A DNA stretch of 33,388 nt, the filler included, from an uncultured virus (IMG/VR IMGVR_UViG_2049941000_000271) (Duplodnaviria > Heunggongvirae > Uroviricota > Caudoviricetes). It is 15 parts of one record of this genome, joined end to end, with 100 filler letters (N's around TTAATTAATTAA, not from the genome) between each part and the next. Parts side by side here need not be neighbours in the genome. Positions count along the whole stretch, not along the records: positions 27,442 to 29,016 come from IMGVR_UViG_2049941000_000271; positions 29,117 to 31,341 come from IMGVR_UViG_2049941000_000271; positions 31,442 to 33,388 come from IMGVR_UViG_2049941000_000271; 12 more parts are not named here. One strand, given 5' to 3'. Positions 28,052-33,388 of the stretch are shown here, one piece after another. Each line of letters starts with the position of its first letter. The first letter of the stretch is position 1. The position numbers were made by a program, and so were the translations under genes. Under the pieces are notes generated by a model. It was not told the DNA's origin. It saw only the letters and a list, made by a program, of their open reading frames with translations, and did no database searches.

Positions 28052-29016
28052 TGCCCGTCTGGATCGTGGGCTGCGGCCAGATGCCGCCGCGCAGGGTGGC
28101 GGAGCGCCACGCGCTGTTGCTGCACCGCAGCGTGATGGTGATGCCACGGTCGAGGGCCGGCACCCACTGCGCATACGTGATGGCGTTGGCGATGGTGTCC
28201 TCGTGGCCTACGGGGACGAACAGAGTCTCGTAAGGTGACGGCGCTCCGTTGTAAGGGTTCAGCAGCGTGAGACCGCCCGACCACTTGCTGCCGGGCGGGA
28301 TGGTGAACGTGCGGTGCGACGGGCCGCTTCCGCCGCAGTCCGCCTTGCTGAAATTACCTTCGTAGAAGTTGCTGCGCAGGCCGTAGTCCTGCTCTATGGT
28401 GAGGTTCTTCCACGCGGGGCGTATCTGCCGGAAGCCGGACTTGCCGACGAAGAACGCCGCCTGCGTCGCGGATGGTGCCTGCGCGATGTCGCGCACCTCG
28501 AAGGAGTTGCCGTCATTCCAAGCGAGGGTCATCCCCAGCCCCGTCAGCAACATCNNNNNNNNNNCGTCGCGCCACGTCTTTCCGGCCAGCAGCGTCGTGT
28601 TGACGATGCCGTCCACGGCGAGGATCGTAGCGGGGCTTGTCGCCACCTTCGTCGTGGAATATGTCAGCGTCATCGCCACGCCCGCCTTCGTCATCGCTGC
28701 GTTCAGGATGCTGCGCACAGACAGCGCCTGCCCCGGCACGAGGTCGAAGTCATAGTCGCCAAGCCGTCCGAGGTTGTCGCGGGCCGTCAGCGTGATGGTG
28801 TCGCGGTAGGCAAGGTTCTCGGAGAACGAGTCCGGCGTGACGAACCCCGTCCACCGCGTCTCCCAGGCGTTTCCCGTCTTCGTCTTCCAAACCACCTTGA
28901 ACAGCGTCGCGTTCGGCGTGAAAAACTGCGTGTAATCCACCTCCCCGCAGTCGGAGAGGGCCAATGTCAGCACGCTCGTTGTGATCGGCTGCGTGAGGCT
29001 TTGGCTGTCTTTCGCT
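28052..29016 (-). CDS. Minor tail (distal tail/hub-type) protein fragments
   Basis: RWTGFVTPDSFSENL...ITLTARDNLGRL, typical of post-tape-measure proteins in Bacteroidota siphoviruses. Confidence 0.7.
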
Positions 29017-29116
29017 NNNNNNNNNNNNNNNNNNNNNNNNNNNNNNNNNNNNNNNNNNNNTTAATTAATTAANNNNNNNNNNNNNNNNNNNNNNNNNNNN
29101 NNNNNNNNNNNNNNNN

Positions 29117-29376
29117 CCAGCGGCCCACGCCTGGAAGTCGGCGAGGTCGAAGACGCGCAGCGGAGCGGCCTTGCCGTCGTAGGCTGCCACGTCCAGCGCG
29201 TTGCGGTATGCGAGGTACACGTGCTTCACGTACATATCCCACACCTCGCTCGCGTCCGAGCTGTCGTCGAGGGTGAGGTTCATCCCACGCGTCAGCGCGG
29301 CCTTATACATAGAGGGGGTGATAAGCAACTCCACCCCCTCTCCCTGAATCGTTATCTTCTGCCTCGGATTGACCAT
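29117..29376 (-). CDS. Tail assembly chaperone gpG-like, N-terminal part
   Basis: Directly follows the tail tube gene; overlaps 8856-9140 in sequence. Confidence 0.75.
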
Positions 29377-29379
29377 AGC

Positions 29380-29817
29380 CTACGAGGGATAGACCATCGT
29401 CGGGGCGCCGGTGCCCTGGAAGGTGACCTGGCGGGAGACGATGCCGTTGCGTTCCGCGCTTTGCGAGATGGCGGTGATGATCGCGTCGCCGGCGTGGCCC
29501 TCGCTGCGTGCGCCGTTGTTCAGCTCGCCGATGAAGATGCTCACCTTATCGCCGGAGACCAGCGACTGGAGCAGGGTCTTCTGGCCCGTGCTGGCGCTGT
29601 CGTCGAGGTTGAACGTGGCGCTCGCCGTCCAGTTCTTGTTGCCGGAGATGAACTGATCCCATTCCGTGGACTTGTCGCTGGCGTCGATCGCGTTGTTGTT
29701 GAAATCGACGTTGTTGGACTGCTCGCCCGCGATCCACGAGTCGTTGGATCCGCTGCCCGATCCGCTGCCTGCGGTAGTCAGGTAGATGCGGTATTTGTTA
29801 CCAGATTTGACTGCCAT
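29380..29817 (-). CDS. Major tail tube protein (TP901-1-like)
   Basis: IDASDKS..WDQFISGNKNWTAS...GDAIITAISQSAERNGIVSRQVTFQGTGA. Confidence 0.85.
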   Translation of the reverse strand: MAVKSGNKYRIYLTTAGSGSGSGSNDSWIAGEQSNNVDFNNNAIDASDKSTEWDQFISGNKNWTASATFNLDDSASTGQKTLLQSLVSGDKVSIFIGELNNGARSEGHAGDAIITAISQSAERNGIVSRQVTFQGTGAPTMVYPS

Positions 29818-29829
29818 AGTATTGTCGTT

Positions 29830-30267
29830 TTATTGGTTGTTGTTTCCGTTACCGCTGCCGCTGCCGGAAGGGGTGGCGGCTTTGCGTGATATGTTGGCGC
29901 GGTACTGCGTCCTGCGTCGTATTACGAGGATGTCGGCATCGCCGACCTCGACGATCTCGGTGCCCAGTTCCTTGTAGATGTCCTGCGACTCGAAGTTCGG
30001 CATCGTGATGGTGCCCTGCCCGACGAGCAGCGTCTCCGCCGTCTCGGCGTTGACAGCCGCCTCATCGTAGGACTTGAGGCTGATGGCTTCAAGCACGAAG
30101 CCCAGTTCGCGGACGTCCTCGCCCTTGTCGATTGCGCCGCTCTCCTGCACGTCCGTCAGTTCGATGCGGGGGAACACCCGCACGTCCTTCGACACCGGGA
30201 GGCTTGCCGCCTTGAGGGCTGCGATGACGGCCTTGCGGAGCTGCGCTTCTGCTGATTTCGCTGCCAT
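29830..30267 (-). CDS. Tail terminator/completion protein ending SGSGSGNGNNNQ
   Basis: Position between the gp10-like gene and tail tube; FPRIEL motif; 145 aa. Confidence 0.7.
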   Translation of the reverse strand: MAAKSAEAQLRKAVIAALKAASLPVSKDVRVFPRIELTDVQESGAIDKGEDVRELGFVLEAISLKSYDEAAVNAETAETLLVGQGTITMPNFESQDIYKELGTEIVEVGDADILVIRRRTQYRANISRKAATPSGSGSGNGNNNQ

Positions 30268-30270
30268 AGC

Positions 30271-30831
30271 CTATTCCTTTGCTTTGTAGCGGGCCACGGC
30301 CTTGTCGACCTGCGCCTGCATAAACTTGTTGATTTCCCAGCGGTGCTCCTCGTATGCGGGCTTGAGGAACGGGTGCGGCTGCGTTCCGTTCTTCTTTATG
30401 TCGAGGGCGATGGCCCACGCCGCGCTCCGCGCCAGTTGGTCTTCATCCTTTCCTGTGAACACCGCCGCCGCTTTGAGCGCTGAGTTCTTCTTGCTCCTGC
30501 GGTGCTTGCGCTTCACCCACTGGTAGATGTCATCCACGGGGGGCATCCCGCCAGCCTTGCGTCCGTACTCGACGTATTCCGCGTAACCGACATAGAACCC
30601 CGCGTCCACCGTGCCGTCGGGTTGTGCGACCGTCCTGCCGGAGTTGCGCAGCAGGCCCGAGGCGATGCTGTCGTTGGCTCTCAGCAGGTCTTGAGCCTTC
30701 GCCACGATCTTCATCCCGAAGTTGACAAGGCCCTCCATCGCATCATAGAGGACGTGGGCCTTGAAGCGGTCGAAGTTGATGCGCAGCTTCTGCATCGAGG
30801 CGGGGTCGATATACAAGCCTTCGCCGGTCAT
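30271..30831 (-). CDS. HK97 gp10-like neck/tail completion protein
   Basis: SGLLRNS...YAEYVEYGRKAG...GTQPHPFLKPAYE. Confidence 0.8.
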   Translation of the reverse strand: MTGEGLYIDPASMQKLRINFDRFKAHVLYDAMEGLVNFGMKIVAKAQDLLRANDSIASGLLRNSGRTVAQPDGTVDAGFYVGYAEYVEYGRKAGGMPPVDDIYQWVKRKHRRSKKNSALKAAAVFTGKDEDQLARSAAWAIALDIKKNGTQPHPFLKPAYEEHRWEINKFMQAQVDKAVARYKAKE

Positions 30832-30884
30832 ACCTTCGCCCTCCTGCTGCAATAGACGCGCAGCCAGCGGCCACGCATCCCTTC
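30828..30884 (-). CDS. Probable head-closure protein C-terminus (EGMRGRWLRVYCSRRAKV*)
   Basis: Manual translation; ATGA overlap with the gp10-like gene. Confidence 0.45.
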   Translation of the reverse strand, partial: EGMRGRWLRVYCSRRAKV

Positions 30885-30894
30885 NNNNNNNNNN

Positions 30895-31341
30895 TTCCGC
30901 CTTGAGGGCTGCGATCACCGCCTTGCGGAGCTGCGCTTCTGCTGATTTCGCTGCCATACTATTCCTTTGCTTTGTAGCGGGCCACGGCCTTGTCGACCTG
31001 CGCCTGCANNNNNNNNNNNNNNNNNNNNNNNNNNNNNNNNNNNNNNNNNNNNNNNNNNNNNNNNNNNNNNNNNNNNNNNNNNNNNNNNNNNNNNNNNNNN
31101 NNNNATGCGCCTTCGTGCCGTGTTCCTTGATCCTCTTGGCGATTGCCCAGGCGAGGCTGCGTTGCAGCTTGTCCATATCGCCCTTGCCTTCGGGGCGGAT
31201 GCGCTTGCGGCGAATCCATTGGTGGATGTCGTCCACGGGTGGCATCCCGCCGGCCTTGCGCCCGTACTCGACGAACTCTGCGTAGGATGCGTAGAACCCC
31301 GCGTCCACCGTGCCGTCGGGTTGTGCGACCGTCCTGCCGGA
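30895..31341 (-). CDS. Second allele of the gp10-like gene and start of the tail terminator (fragments)
   Basis: Diverged duplicate of ~30205-30642. Confidence 0.7.
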
Positions 31342-31441
31342 NNNNNNNNNNNNNNNNNNNNNNNNNNNNNNNNNNNNNNNNNNNNTTAATTAATTAANNN
31401 NNNNNNNNNNNNNNNNNNNNNNNNNNNNNNNNNNNNNNNNN

Positions 31442-31878
31442 ACGCCTTCCGTGCTGTGCGCCTCGTATAGTTCCGCGATCGTCTCGCGCAGCCAGCTCGC
31501 CACGGTGTCTCCCATCAGCACGATCTTCATTCCGAGGTTCGTCTGCGCCCACTGGAGCAGGGCCCGCGTGAACACGTCCGTCGCGTCGGCCTTCTGCGCC
31601 AGCAGGCGGTTCGCCACCTCAACCGCGCCCGTGTGCCCTATCGTCAGGTACATATCCGTCAGCAGAGGGTTCATCCACGGCTCGGAGTATTGCACCTCGT
31701 CGGCCCAGCGCTCCGGCGGCACATCGCGTTCCACCAGCGCGTCGAGCGATGCACGGATGCTCGCGGTGCGCTTGCTGCGCATCTTGCGCTCGTAGGACAC
31801 GGCCATCTCCAGGGCGTTGACCCTGGAGACCCTCTGCCGCGCCCTCTGCATCGGTGTTATCCTCTTGCGGGTCGCCAT
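31442..31878 (-). CDS. Minor head protein (SPP1 gp7/Mu gpF-like), N-terminal part, allele B
   Basis: MATRKRITPMQRAR...; overlaps 32154-32410, which has RRIAQTE. Confidence 0.75.
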
Positions 31879-32054
31879 TTTCGGAACCTCCACAAAAAAC
31901 GCTTCTTGAAGAATCCACATCCTTCCGCTATCAATGTCCAGTGCATCGATGAACCGGGGGTGTATTTGCACCCACCATATTGAAAGGTGTAAGACCTACA
32001 ACGGAAGTGCCTGCACATTCCGCAGCACTTGTTAGGCACTTTCGGGTGTATCAT
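31857..32054 (-). CDS. Small Cys-rich protein between portal and minor head genes
   Basis: ATGA coupling to the portal stop; CCGMCRHF...C...C...C; lower GC. Confidence 0.55.
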   Translation of the reverse strand: MIHPKVPNKCCGMCRHFRCRSYTFQYGGCKYTPGSSMHWTLIAEGCGFFKKRFLWRFRKWRPARG

Positions 32055-32143
32055 TCTTCGGGCTGCTTTTCGTTGATGTCGCCGCTAAACTCGTCGCCGA
32101 ACATAGTGCCGAGGCCGAGCATCGGCTTGTCGTAGATGCCGCC
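32051..32143 (-). CDS. Portal protein C-terminus, allele B
   Basis: GGIYDKPMLGLGTMFGDEFSGDINEKQPEE*. Confidence 0.6.
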   Translation of the reverse strand, partial: GGIYDKPMLGLGTMFGDEFSGDINEKQPEE

Positions 32144-32153
32144 NNNNNNNNNN

Positions 32154-32410
32154 ATGCCGAGGGCGTTCGCCGCCTCCAACCCGGCCACGTTCATCGCGTT
32201 CATAGATTCCGTCTGCGCGATGCGCCGGCACATCCATTTCTTCACGCCGTCCCACTGGAACAGCGTGCCCCGGTAGAGCCGCTTCGTCAGCGCCTCCACG
32301 CCTTCCGTGCTGTGCGCCTCGTATAGTTCTGCGATCGTCTCGCGCAGCCAGCTCGCCACGGTGTCGCCCATCAGGACGATCTTCATTCCGAGGTTCGTCT
32401 GCGCCCACTG
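32154..32410 (-). CDS. Minor head protein, middle fragment
   Basis: WMCRRIAQTESMNAMN gp7-family motif. Confidence 0.75.
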
Positions 32411-32420
32411 NNNNNNNNNN

Positions 32421-33327
32421 CGGAAGAACTTCGTCTTGTTGGCGTTCTCGGCCTTGTTGACCTCTTTCTCCACCTCCGCCGCCGCCTGCGGCACGACGAA
32501 GCCGTCCTTGTCCCTTGCAGGCGTGATGATGGCGTTGACACCGCCGTTGCCGATGGCCGTGTTCAGGCGCTCCTTGCCTTTCTTGAGCAGCGCCACGTCG
32601 TATGCCGCCGCCAGCAGGGGCGAGAAGCCGAAGTAGGAGTCGTCGTCGAGGTTATAGACGAACGATTGGAACCAGCTGTCGTTGGGTATCGGCTGGTCGT
32701 TGGGCGCGCCGGTGATGCCGATGCCCATTATCGGGAACCTCACGCCGCCGTGCTCGATGCTCACGCGGTTTCCTGCGGGGATGTAGAGGCCCTTCGCCTT
32801 CCCCATATTGCGGCCTACCTCCCAGCGCTCGCAGTACGTGAACGCATCGCCGAATACGTCGTAGTTCGTGCTCCAGGCGTGGAAAAAGCGCCTGCGCGAG
32901 AAGCGGTCGTTGGGGTGCGCCANNNNNNNNNNTCCAGACGATCGTAGCCGTAAGCCTCGCGCAGTTCGTTGAGGCTGGCGTGCATAAGCGTCAGGTTCTG
33001 GAGCACGTCCTTCGGGTCGTCCTGCAACACTTCGATCAAGTCCGTGTTGACCTCCAGGTGGTAGCGCTGCTCCTTGTCCGAGAGCCGGAACGTCTTGGCG
33101 TTGCGGCGCAGATAGTCCATAAAATCCTCGCAGAACACGCGGATGCGCGGCAGGGCCGCAGATTCGTAGAGCGCCTTCTTCGCCTCCTTCGCGTTCTCGT
33201 ACTTGCTCTGCCCGTAGTACAAGTCCATAGGGATGCCGTACACGAAGCAGAGGGCCGTGACGCTCTCCTTGCCGCTGTCGAGGATGGAGAGGTCGACGGG
33301 CTTGCTGCCGATCTCGTGCACCTCGAT
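32421..33327 (-). CDS. HK97-family portal protein, two fragments in swapped order
   Basis: HPNDRFSR...FGDAFTY, YFGFSPL...GNGG (32421-32922); LCFVYGIP...SKYENAKEA...SLNELREAYGYD (32933-33327). Confidence 0.85.
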
Positions 33328-33337
33328 NNNNNNNNNN

Positions 33338-33388
33338 GCTCGATGGCCGAGTCCGTCATACGCCCCAGCTTGTCGGCGGTGGTGCCGA
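33338..33388 (-). CDS. Tape measure fragment duplicating 11648-11698
   Basis: Near-identical 51 nt. Confidence 0.7.

Overview
A scrambled, gap-ridden assembly of a temperate long-tailed (siphovirus-type, HK97-fold) phage or prophage, most likely of a high-GC Bacteroidales host (TAnnTTTG promoters, Bacteroidales-type integrase, tail and lysis genes). Short contigs are joined by N runs and artificial TTAATTAATTAA linkers, so many ORFs in the supplied track are chimeras and gene order across gaps is unreliable. Several genes occur as two diverged copies, so at least two related phage genomes are mixed. Recognisable modules: packaging/head, tail, lysis-type membrane genes, lysogeny, replication/recombination and anti-restriction (ArdC-like, two methyltransferases). 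Best leads: (1) (Gly-Ser)n tags on capsid, tail tube, tail terminator and tail proteins plus two glycosyltransferase-like genes, suggesting virion glycosylation; (2) a two-state structured RNA at 7214-7346; (3) a tail protein with 20 consecutive Asp-His heptads missed by the ORF track; (4) an uncharacterised Cys-rich gene set with phased inverted repeats; (5) an in-frame protease-capsid fusion. Family assignments are from motif recognition by eye; no searches were run.
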